Positions 37,301-46,992 of a DNA stretch of 64,000 nt are shown here, one piece after another. The notes beneath the pieces were generated by a model. It had not been told where the DNA came from. It ran no database searches and saw only the letters and a program-made list of their open reading frames with translations. The DNA lies in NCBI GenBank assembly GCA_040767525.1, contig JAXGOJ010000003.1, positions 303-64,302 on the forward strand, read 5' to 3'. Each line of letters opens with the position of its first letter. Position 1 is the first letter of the stretch. This DNA is from Bacillota bacterium (GTDB lineage: Bacteria > Bacillota > Sulfobacillia > Fermentithermobacillales > Fermentithermobacillaceae). Both the position numbers and the translations under genes were made by a program.

Positions 37301-39492
37301 ATGAATCTGGCATTGAACAAACGATCGCTGAATCCCGATGATTTTAACAAGCCTGATGTCTACGGCGATCCCCGAGCTTCGCCAGATGGGAAATTCGTTG
37401 CATATGTTGAGCGGTCTGTAAAAGAGGATGAGTATGTTACAGACATCTATCTTGCTGAAATTGCAAGCGGCAAGAATATTCAGTTAACGAATTCAGGTAA
37501 GGACCGGTCTCCTCGTTGGTCTTCAGATGGCAAACGTATTGCATTCATATCTGATCGTTTCTCTCGCAACCAGATTTGGACCATCAATATAGATGGGGGA
37601 GAAGCAGTTTGTTTGAACACTGAGGAACAGGTTGAGAGCGAGCCTGTTTGGTCTCCCGATGGAAAACACCATTTTTTATTTGGCACGTGTGTTTTCCAAG
37701 CCTTCCGGTGGTTCCTTATCCAGGGTGTCCTGAAGGCGACAAAGAACGTACTTTGAACAAGCAAAGCGCAAATTGGGCCTTGATGAAGACGGAAAAGACA
37801 TTTGCGGTAGCAAGAAGGCCAATGATATCAAAGTCATAACACGGCTTTCTTATAGGATGGATAGATTAGGGTATTATGGTGATACCCGAATGCCCGCATT
37901 CTCTATCGTAGGTGACCCGGATCATGATCCCAATAAAGAACTGGAGAGCCACCAGGTTACCTCGGGCGACTTTGACTATGGTTTTGCCGTCAATATCCCC
38001 TGACGGAAATTGCTTGTCACATCATCCTTCCGCAAAGATGACGCGGATTATGACACCAAGTCGGACTTGTGGATATTCGATATTGCCCTGAGACAGCCCT
38101 TACCTCCTTTATGATTCACCGGGGCCGGTCAGGTGTCCCAAATGGTCAGGGGATGGCAAATACATATCTTTTCTGGGACATAACAATGCCAGACAGACTT
38201 CTACCGAAGCGATCTGTATTTGCTAACTGTTACAGAGTTTTTGCACGGTCGTTGAAAGAAATTGGCCAGGCCAGAGTACGCTGTAGTAGCAAAGTGTAAT
38301 GAATATCACCGGCGAAACCGATCGTGAAGCCGGAGGGTTTATCATATCTGACACCAGTTGTGGGTACGGAGTTCCCCTGGTATGGGATGGATCAATCTTG
38401 TACTTTTCTATGACTGGTAGCGAATAATCTATATCTGCTGCCTTGACCCGGATTCAACTGCTGTGGATGGTGCCCTGAAAGTAAAACCAGTGACCGGTTC
38501 CGACGACAGAGCAATATCCGGATTTCACACTAAGAAACGGTAGTATTATTTTGCGGTCGTCGACTCCCCGTAGAGCCTGAGAACTTGTATGCGGTTATCG
38601 TTCAAGCCATTGAGGAAGTTTCTTTGGAACCGAAGAAAAAAAGGCTTACATTTGATAATGATAATCTTATGTCCCAGGTCAAAACCGGCAGGTGGGAAAA
38701 ATTCCAATATAGTGCTGCAGATGGGCAAAGAGAAAACTGATGGATGGCTGATTTACCCGGCTGAGGCATGTTCAAATAATCGCTACAGCCAATCAAAACC
38801 TCCTATGGTAGCGTCTTTATTCATGTGGGGAAATTACGGGGTGTTTATGGTCCGGCATTTTTATGCTAAAGAGAAGCAGATGTTTGCAGGGCGCGGTTAC
38901 GCTGTATCTTATTTCAATCCAAGAGGCAGTTCTTCTTATGGTAGGAGTTTGCTGCATGTATTGACGCGGACTGGGGAAACAAGATTATTCAGCAGGATAT
39001 TATGGACGGGGTACGATCGGTTGTGACTCGTGGATTGGTCGATGAGAAGAATCTATTCGTTCATGGCTGGTCCTACGGAGGGTACATGACCACGTGGATT
39101 GTCACCCAAACTCATCTTTTTAAGGCAGCTTGTGCGGGGCTCCTGTCTGCAACCTTTACACAGACTATGGCTGTACTGATATTATATGGGTCGATGAGCA
39201 TGAGTATGGAGGAAAGCCATGGGAAGCCGAGATCTATATTTGAACAGATCGCCGGTCAGTCACGTTGCGAACGTCGAAACACCCATTTTGCTGGTTCACG
39301 GAGAAATTGACTATAGATGCGGGATAATTCACTCACAAGGGAATTCTACCAGTCCCTTAGGCGTCTTGGTAAAACGGCAGTATTTATTAGACACCCTGGG
39401 GGGAGTATCATATTTTCAGAAGGCCGCTTCACAACATTGATATGCACAAAAGGATGTTATCCTGGTTCGAGTACTACCGCAAGCAGGATTAA
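37301..39492 (+). pseudogene. S9-family serine peptidase (acylaminoacyl/prolyl oligopeptidase-like, beta-propeller plus alpha/beta hydrolase), at least 7 frame changes
   Basis: The first ~120 aa are intact (SPDGKFVAYV...SPRWSSDGKRIAFISDR...WSPDG). Later pieces (GWSYGGYMT nucleophile elbow, PILLVHGEIDYRC) lie in ORFs 38589.., 39002.., 39219.. and 39317.. of differing frames. Confidence 0.7.
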
Positions 39493-39560
39493 GCCGTCCT
39501 ATGACAGAAGGTTACATGATAGACTTTTCCCAGAATTCTTGAGAAGAAAGGACGGTTGCT

Positions 39561-40976
39561 ATGACCAGGAGCAAATTTATTCACCCCTATATTCCAAACT
39601 CGGTTCCTGAAGTCCGGGAAAAGATGTTGCAGGAGATCGGCATAACCAATGCTGATCAGCTGTACTCAGAGATTTCAGAGGAACTGAGATTTAAGGGGAA
39701 AATGAACATTCCGAAACCTCTTCTTTCAGAGTGGCAGATAGAGAGTCATATGGACAAGATTCTTTCGAAGAATAAGACTGCAAAAGAAGCTTTGAGCTTT
39801 TTAGGTGCAGGTTGTTATCAGCATTATGTTCCTGCCATATGTGACGAAATAGCCGGACGGGCAGAGTTTCTTACTGCATATGCCGGCGAACCCTATGAAG
39901 ACCACGGAAGATTTCAAACTCTGTTTGAATATCAAAGCATGATGGCAGAATTACTGGACATGGACGTAGTAAATGTACCGACATATGACTGGGGCCAGGC
40001 AGCTGCAACTGCAGTACGAATGGCAAGTAGGATTACAGGACGAAACAAAGTGCTTGCTGCCACCGGCATAAATCCCCAAAGACTGCTTGCTATCAGGAAT
40101 TACTGTGCACCTGCTATGAAAGTGGAAATTGTGAAATACCACTGCGAAACGGGATGTCTGGACATCGAGGACCTCAAGAGCAAACTAACCGATAATGTAG
40201 CTGCTATCTATTTGGAGAACCCAAACTACTTCGGGGTCATTGAACTTCAGGGGCATGAGATAGCAGGCGTTGCCCATGAGAACGGCTCTTTATTTGTGGT
40301 CGGAGTGGACCCAATATCCCTGGGGATATTGGCGCCGCCTTCACATTATGGTGCAGACATTGTATGTGGAGATATCCAAACCCTGGGTATTCACATGAAC
40401 TATGGCGCAGGTGTTGCGGGTTTTATCGCGGCGCCGGATAAAAGAGAGTTTGTGGCAGAATACCCGTCGAGATTGTTTGGAATATCCAGGACCGAAGTAG
40501 AAGGTGAATGGGGCTTCGGAGATGTGTTCTATGATAGGACATCTTTTGCCAGGCGGGAACTTGGCAAGGAGTTTGTGGGTACAGCCGCGGCTTTATGGGG
40601 TATAGTCGCTGGAGTTTACCTGGCGGTTATGGGGCCCAAAGGGATGCAGGATGTGGGGTGCACCATCATGCAAAACTCTTCTTACGCTGCGAAGATACTC
40701 TCGGATATTCCGGGAATAAAAATAGGCGGTTTCCAGGCACCGTTTTTCCGGGAATTCATAGCCAATTTTGATGAGGTTGGTTTAACTGTGGCCGAGGTAA
40801 ATCGTGTTTTAAGGGAAAAAGGTATTTGGGGCGGCAAAGATATATCGAAGGAGTTTCCTGAGCTCGGGCAAAGTGCTCTTTACTGTGTGACAGAAATCCA
40901 TACAAAAGAAGACATCCTGACTCTTTGTGATGCTCTGACAGAAATTGTCTCAAAAGAGAAAGGGGAGAGGGCATAA
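39561..40976 (+). CDS. gcvPA: Glycine dehydrogenase (decarboxylating) subunit 1, glycine cleavage P-protein alpha
   Basis: Intact 471-aa ORF. The N-terminus YIPNS...MLQEIGI, overall similarity to GcvPA and the overlapping start of gcvPB all support the call. Confidence 0.85.
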   Translation: MTRSKFIHPYIPNSVPEVREKMLQEIGITNADQLYSEISEELRFKGKMNIPKPLLSEWQIESHMDKILSKNKTAKEALSFLGAGCYQHYVPAICDEIAGRAEFLTAYAGEPYEDHGRFQTLFEYQSMMAELLDMDVVNVPTYDWGQAAATAVRMASRITGRNKVLAATGINPQRLLAIRNYCAPAMKVEIVKYHCETGCLDIEDLKSKLTDNVAAIYLENPNYFGVIELQGHEIAGVAHENGSLFVVGVDPISLGILAPPSHYGADIVCGDIQTLGIHMNYGAGVAGFIAAPDKREFVAEYPSRLFGISRTEVEGEWGFGDVFYDRTSFARRELGKEFVGTAAALWGIVAGVYLAVMGPKGMQDVGCTIMQNSSYAAKILSDIPGIKIGGFQAPFFREFIANFDEVGLTVAEVNRVLREKGIWGGKDISKEFPELGQSALYCVTEIHTKEDILTLCDALTEIVSKEKGERA

Positions 40977-42534
40977 TGGAAGCCAGGAAGTCATTTCTTA
41001 GGCGGGGTTTTCACCAGGCCAAGTGGGATGAACCTGTGATATTTGAACTTACCCAACCAGGTGAGCGAGGTATTCTGGTACCGGCTGCGGAACACGAAAT
41101 TAAGGCTGAAGTGGGTGAACCCTGGCGTGCCTTGCCCGGGAAAATGGTTAGACAGACTCCGCCGGCTTTACCTGAGATGTCCCAGGCACGGGTATTACGT
41201 CACTACCTGCGTCTTTCCCAGGCAACTTTAGGAGCTGATCTTAACATAGAAATTGGGCAGGGCACATGCACTATTAAGTACAGCCCCAAGGTAAACGAGA
41301 AGTTTGCAGTATCGCCAAAGGTGGCTGAGCTTCATCCGTTCCAGGATGATGAGACAGCCCAGGGTATACTTGAGGTTATCTTCAAGACCGATGCCTTTTT
41401 AAGGGAAATATCGGGCCTTGACCGGTTTTCTTTCCAGCCGGGCGGTGGCTCTCAGGCTGCCCTTGCTATTGCCTCGATAATCAGGGCTTACCATGAGTTA
41501 CAGGGAGAAGGAGGGCAGAGGAACGAGATCATAACCACTGTATTTTCCCATCCGTGCAATGCGGCAACTGCCGCAGTCAAAGGATTCAAAGTAGTGACTA
41601 TCTATCCTGATCAAGACGGATATCCTGATCTTGAAGCCCTTAAGAGTGCTGTGTCTGAACGGACTGCAGGGTTGATGATAACCAATCCGGAAGATACAGG
41701 TGTGTTTAATCCCCGTATCAAGGAATTTACCCGTGTTGTCCACGAAGCAGGCGGAATTTGCAGTTATGATCAGGCAAACGCCAACGGAATTCTGGGAATT
41801 ACCAGAGCCAGAGAGGCAGGATTTGATCTTTGTTTTTTCAATTTGCACAAGACTTTCGCTTGCCCCACGGTTGTGGCGGCTCCGGTGCAGGAGCTGTTGG
41901 AGTTACCAAAGAACTGGAGAGGTTCTTGCCTGTCCCAGTAGTCGATTTTGACGGGTCAAATACAGTCTGAATTATGATCTGCCGGATTCAATAGAAAGAT
42001 TAAGATGTTCCACGGTGGCATCCCACGGTAGTCAGGGCTTATGCATGGATCATGAGTCTTGGCGAGGAGGGGTTGAAGGAAGTTGCGAAGACTGCCGTTT
42101 TGAACAGCAACTATCTTTTGTCGAAAATTAAGAAGATACGCGGAGTCCATGTACCTTATGCGCCTGGAAAGCATCGCTTTGAGCAGGTAAGGTACAGCCA
42201 GTACTCTTGCTGAAGATACCGGTGTTACCACAGAAGATGTTCAGAGGAGAATGTGTGATTTCGGCTATTATTGGACCAGTCACCACCCTTGGATTGTTCC
42301 CGAGCCGTTCACTTTGGAACCTACAGAGTCGTACTCGAAGGAAGAACTTGATGAGTATGTTGAGGCTTTGGAAGAGATCGCGCGTGAGGCATATGAGAAT
42401 CCTGAAATTGAAAAAAGCTCCCCACCGGAGTGTTGTACAAGATTGCCCAGGACTGGTTTGATGATCCTGATAAGTGGGCGATTACCTGGGTCATATTTGA
42501 AGAAGACGGAAAGGGTAACAAGGGTGAATCCTGA
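40976..42534 (+). pseudogene. gcvPB: Glycine dehydrogenase subunit 2 (P-protein beta). The first ~890 bp are intact, followed by about 7 frame changes.
   Basis: NLHKTFACP (PLP-Lys region) is followed in another frame by HGCGGSGAGAVGV. Further shifts were traced near 41955, 41992, 42021, 42200, 42412 (inside an A6 run) and 42440. The C-terminus QDWFDDPDKWAITW... ends at 42534. Confidence 0.75.
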
Positions 42535-42569
42535 AACGTACAGGACTGTCAACAATGTTTCGATGTTTC

Positions 42570-42598
42570 TGAAACGATAGGACCGTCCCGGTGTTTCA
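42570..42598. repeat. 29-bp concentric palindrome, copy 2: TGAAACGATAGGACCGTCCCGGTGTTTCA
   Basis: 27/29 identical to copy 1 and embedded in a cluster of five direct TGTTTC motifs (starts 42556, 42564, 42592, 42601, 42619). It lies between the gcvPB stop and the SDR start. Confidence 0.9.
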
Positions 42599-42636
42599 GG
42601 TGTTTCACAGATGCTTGTTGTTTCAAGGAGAGATTA

Positions 42637-43420
42637 ATGGCGAAGGGTAAGGAACCCCTTGTGATCGATGGTAAGGTGGCAGTGGTGACAGGTGGTGCGT
42701 CTGGTATTGTACCTGGCTTCTGCAAGGGTTTTTAGTGGGTATGGTGCTTCGGTTGTTCTATTGGACATTAGCGAACAAAGAGGGAAAGAGGCTGCAACCT
42801 CTATAGTAGAGGCAGGGGGTAAGGCGGAATTTATCAGGTGCGATGTTACCTCTAATCACAGTTGCCGTAAGGTTGTTGAGCAGATAGACAAAAAGCATGG
42901 GCGAATAGATATCCTTTTCAATAACGCAGGAGTCATTGTAAGAAAAGATGTGGTTAACCATGAAGAAAATGAATGGGATTTGGTAATCAACGTTTGTCTG
43001 AAGGGCACATATTTGATGTCCAAGTATGTAATTCCGGTTATGGCAAAAAATGGCGGCGGCAGCATTATTAACACAGGATCCGGGTGGGGCCTCAAGGGGG
43101 GCGATAACGCTGCTTCTTACTGTGCCGCAAAGGCCGGCGTTGTGAATCTTACCAGAGCCATGGCTATAGATCACGGTAAGCAAAACATCAGGGTTAATTG
43201 CGTCTGCCCTGGGGATACAGACACGCCTATGCTCAGGGGAGAAGCCAGGCAGTTAGGATTTGATGAGGAGGATTTTCTCAGATCTTCCGGTGTCGATAGG
43301 CCTCTCAGGCGAATTGGCGTTCCACGGGATATTGCTCATGCAGTCTTGTTTTTGGCAAGCGATTTATCCAGTTGGATTACTGGTACTACAATCGTAGTAG
43401 ACGGTGGCGGAATAGCCTGA
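42637..43420 (+). pseudogene. Short-chain dehydrogenase/reductase (SDR), single +1 frameshift inside the TGxxxGxG motif
   Basis: ATG 42637 follows AAGGAGAG and gives MAKGKEPLVIDGKVAVVTGGASGI, then stops at 42733. The rest (LASARVFSGYGASVVLLDI...NAG...YCAAKAG) is ORF 42692..43420 in the next frame. Confidence 0.65.
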
Positions 43421-43598
43421 TTCGATGATCGGGACAGATGTTTCCAGGGTGAAGTCTCTGGCGGTGAAGGCACCGGTAATTTTGGCTGCACAAGATACCG
43501 GAGCAACCCTGGGGAAGAACAGTACCTGGAATGAAGTGAATAGAAGGGGGTTGTTCACCCCCTTCTACATGGTTCAGCCACTTATATTGCTAAGATGG

Positions 43599-45003
43599 CT
43601 ATTTTATAATCCCCAACCAGTTAGCATATAGGAAGTGGAGCCGGCCAATAAACAGCGCCATACGGCCCATTACAGTGCTTCCAAATGCTGCTCCGAAAGA
43701 CACCATCATCATGTATCTTCCGAAAGTCGAGACTTGCTTTAGGGCTCCTTTGTGTTCTGTTGAGAAGAAAAAGTACGCAAGAACACCCAGGGTCCCCAAT
43801 ACTATCAAGATGTTTTCTATGCTGTTAAGGGGCAAGATAGTGCTTTTAATTTGGCTGACTATCTGAGACCCGATTGTACCCCGTATTGCAAGGGTGCCTA
43901 TGCCGACCAAAATCGAAAAGCAAAAGCAGGACAGCCACGCAACTTTCTTGGAGTATATGTATACAGCATTACACCAAGAACAAGGGGGATAAGAACCTGC
44001 AATCTCCCTTGGTTGTCAGGGTTCGATTCCCCGGTCTCTTATATTGATCCAGCCCAGCACGAGAGCGTGCCCCTGCCGATACTCCAACATATACGTTCTC
44101 GACCAGTTCCTGTACAAAGATTGTCCTTAAAGCAAAGTCATTATTCCACATGGTAGCTTATTGCTGCAATCCATGTTCCAATATTTGTGCTAATTTGCAT
44201 TAACGCCCACCTCCCGGGGAGAGCGCGGATGTTTTTGTTCCCAGGTAAACAATATTGCCAAGTATTACCAGTCCAAGTATTGTAAGGTGCGAAATTGATT
44301 GGGCGTCCATGCCTCGAATTCCAAAGTGAAGTGTCGCATGAGGCTTTCATAGCCTGCTGCGCCTTTCATGCTTGGGATCATTCCGGTGAATTTGCCCGGA
44401 TTGGACGTACGGCGTCATATTCGGTACGTTTACTGCGACAATGCGGCGGAACACCGGCGGATCTCGACGCCTTATCCATTCAGGGACTCCCGGAGTACCT
44501 GACGATATTGAAATAACCAAACAACATCCTGGGCTGAAGATATGCCTTCCATTGCAGGCTGATCGGATTGCCCGTAGTCCCGGGAAACTGCCAGTATATC
44601 TTTTCTTCGCTATGGCAGTTTCGCCCTGCCAGGTAGCCAGGACGTAATCTCCATATTCCTTGTTCCTGAACTCTGACCCTCCCAGGGCCGTTTCCAACAA
44701 GCTTGGGCCTGTATCAGAAAAAGCCCATTCCGATTACTCTTATGCCTTTCCGGCAAAGGTGGTTTAGCAATGCTCCTGCGCCTGAGGCAATCAGTTCTCC
44801 ATAGCCTATCCGGGAGAAGTATCCATTGAAATGATTACCAAAGTGCTGCCGGAAGGCAGGGATTCCACAGTGTCATAAAGTGCCTTCGTTTCCGGCCCTA
44901 CTGTTACCCCCAGGCCTATGGGCCAAATAAGGGGAATAGAGAGGGACAGAAAAACCACGGCGTATATAATACGACGATCCATTCTTGCAAGTTTTTCGAA
45001 CAT
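43599..45003 (-). pseudogene. Large membrane protein of unknown function (gene C of a three-gene operon), many frame changes
   Basis: ATG 45003 follows AAGGAGGG. The first 65 aa are intact (MFEKLARMDRRIIYAVVFLSLSIPLIWPIG...). The rest is spread over ORFs 44347..44700, 44141..44350, 43969..44151 and 43599..43910 in differing frames. Confidence 0.5.
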
Positions 45004-45017
45004 TATTTGTCCCTCCT

Positions 45018-45644
45018 TTATGAACTTGAACCGCCTAGGTACGATTTTTCAATTCCCAGAAGTACCCTCATGCCTGATGCAATTCCACCTATACCCGCGC
45101 CAATAAGCATGCCTCTTTGGCCTGCAAGGTTAGGAATGTTCATGAGCCAGTTACCTATTACAGGGAACTGAGACCAAATCTTTTCACCAATAGGCACGTT
45201 TCAAGCATCAAAATTGCTGCAGATACCAGCAAGATTGCAGCATCCAGATTTCTTACCCTAAAGGCCCTGTAAGCTGCAGATGCGATGAAGAACCCGGTCA
45301 TTGCATAAACTGTAGCCTGTCCGGGCACAAACAAGGACATCGAACCAGAACTGATAAGTCTTGTTAGTGGGCCCCTTAATAATTCCCAGAAGAGCAACTC
45401 CTATCATTGAGAATATCAGGGCTCCTGAATACAGCCAGTCAAGGCCCTTACCTCTGGTGATCTTTTTTGCGTGGATTTGGATAAGATTAACTGACGCCAA
45501 TCCCAGGGCAAAGGCAGCAATTATCACGCCCCAATTCTGTACAGCTTTTGCAGCTTCCAAAAGAGGTTCAGACGTGAAGAAAAACGATATTATCATTAAC
45601 ACGCCGACTGCAAAAGCCAGGGCTATCGGTAATTCGCGTCTCAT
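45018..45644 (-). pseudogene. Polytopic membrane protein of unknown function (gene B), two frame changes
   Basis: ORF 45258..45644, then ORF 45158..45397. The tail VPIGEKIWSQFPVIGNWLMNIPNLAGQRGMLIGAGIGGIASGMRVLLG...* in a third frame ends at 45018. Confidence 0.5.
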
Positions 45645-45660
45645 GAGACTGTCACCCCTT

Positions 45661-46440
45661 TCACTTGCTCAGAAGTTTCGTGAAGAAAGTTGATCCGAGA
45701 CTTCGAGATATCGCGCCGGCAATGACAAGTGCGGCAACAATCACTTTGGCCATATCTTGACCGGCGATGGAACCAAGCTGCATTTGATCCTTTGAAAGAT
45801 AGGCTGCTGCCGCAAACAGTTCTTCTCCGATAAGGGTGTAGTCAGATGAAGCCACAAAGAAAGGCACCTGTGATAGTTGGGCCGTTCCCGTTATCTGAAG
45901 GGCTCCGACTTCTGAACCTACTTCGGCCAGCATCAAAGCCTCAGCCCAGAAGGCACCCATCATGAAGTTGGCTGCAGGCTTCTCACGTGCCATTATGCCG
46001 AAAAGAGCTGCTGCATAGGCAAATTGCTGGGAAGACAAAAAGCGGATGTTTCCAGGTTCATAAGCATCGCTCCTGCCTTCTTCCAGGTATGCTTGACGAA
46101 CTGTCTCTTCTGCCATTGGAAAGACTTCCGGCTGCCTTATTGTTACAATTTCCGGCACGTCAAACCTGGCAGTAAGTCTTGACACATAACTTAGGATAGC
46201 AAGCCCGGCAAAAGTCTGTGGGGCTTCTACTGCACCAACGCCGCCGATGCCGGGGCAGTAATGGACAGGCCTGCCCATTTCAGTACAGCGCCCTATGGCT
46301 TCCTCGATAGCGTCAAGCCCTGCAATTTTCCTGATGCCAATTGACTTGCCTTTCCTGGCTCTCCACATGGAGTACCCAAGGCACCCGACGATTACAAGGA
46401 GCAGCCAGAATGAAAATACTCTCCCTTTTACAAGAGTCAA
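45661..46440 (-). CDS. Membrane-anchored protein of unknown function (gene A)
   Basis: Intact. The probable TTG start at 46440 lies 8 nt after GGAGGTGG. An N-terminal TM helix (VFSFWLLLVIVGCLGY) is followed by IRKIAGLDAIEEAIGRCTEMGRPVHYCPG.... No family was recognised with confidence. Confidence 0.55.
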   Translation of the reverse strand: MTLVKGRVFSFWLLLVIVGCLGYSMWRARKGKSIGIRKIAGLDAIEEAIGRCTEMGRPVHYCPGIGGVGAVEAPQTFAGLAILSYVSRLTARFDVPEIVTIRQPEVFPMAEETVRQAYLEEGRSDAYEPGNIRFLSSQQFAYAAALFGIMAREKPAANFMMGAFWAEALMLAEVGSEVGALQITGTAQLSQVPFFVASSDYTLIGEELFAAAAYLSKDQMQLGSIAGQDMAKVIVAALVIAGAISRSLGSTFFTKLLSK

Positions 46441-46668
46441 AAACTCCACCTCCCATAAAAATAAAAACCGTATTCTACCTGGGGTTATATGCGCCCAAAC
46501 ATTCCCGAATAGTATAACAATACGAAACATTCAAGAGAATGGAATAATTATGGGTTTGGTGATGGTGTTTTCCAGTGGCTCTAAATTGATGGAATGATTC
46601 CTCGACTTGGGTCAAGACTGATAGTCTTGTCTTGGGCCTTTTAGGATGGTTTTGCTCAACCGGAGGGG

Positions 46669-46947
46669 TTAGGGCAGCAAATTACGGCTGGTTTGCCGGA
46701 GGCTCCGAACAACTGCTTCTACTAGTTTCAGAGGATTGGGTACATTGACTTTCATAAGCATTAAGACGCCGAGGGTGAAAGTCGACAGTAATAGGACAGA
46801 GAATACTGTAAGGTCCCTCCAATGGTGTTCCTTAGCCATTTTGGGGGCTTCGTACAGTGCTATTGAAGCAAAGGCTGTTACCAGGAGGACCAGGTAAAGG
46901 ATGTTCAATTTGAGATTTCCTCCCAAAATCCAACTACGGTAGCGCAT
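46669..46947 (-). CDS. Hypothetical small membrane protein downstream of the ger operon
   Basis: 92-aa ORF with two or three hydrophobic helices, lying 45 bp after the gerAC-like stop. Confidence 0.4.
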   Translation of the reverse strand: MRYRSWILGGNLKLNILYLVLLVTAFASIALYEAPKMAKEHHWRDLTVFSVLLLSTFTLGVLMLMKVNVPNPLKLVEAVVRSLRQTSRNLLP

Positions 46948-46992
46948 AACACCGGGATTCCCGGGCTTCGCGGGCTTCCGGGCCTGAGACTG

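Noticed and set aside
37681-37697. TGGCACG-N4-TTTTCC resembles a sigma-54 -24/-12 promoter.
   Set aside because: It lies inside the decayed S9 peptidase coding sequence. The -12 element deviates (TTTT instead of TTGC), and there is no downstream gene start or enhancer-binding protein.
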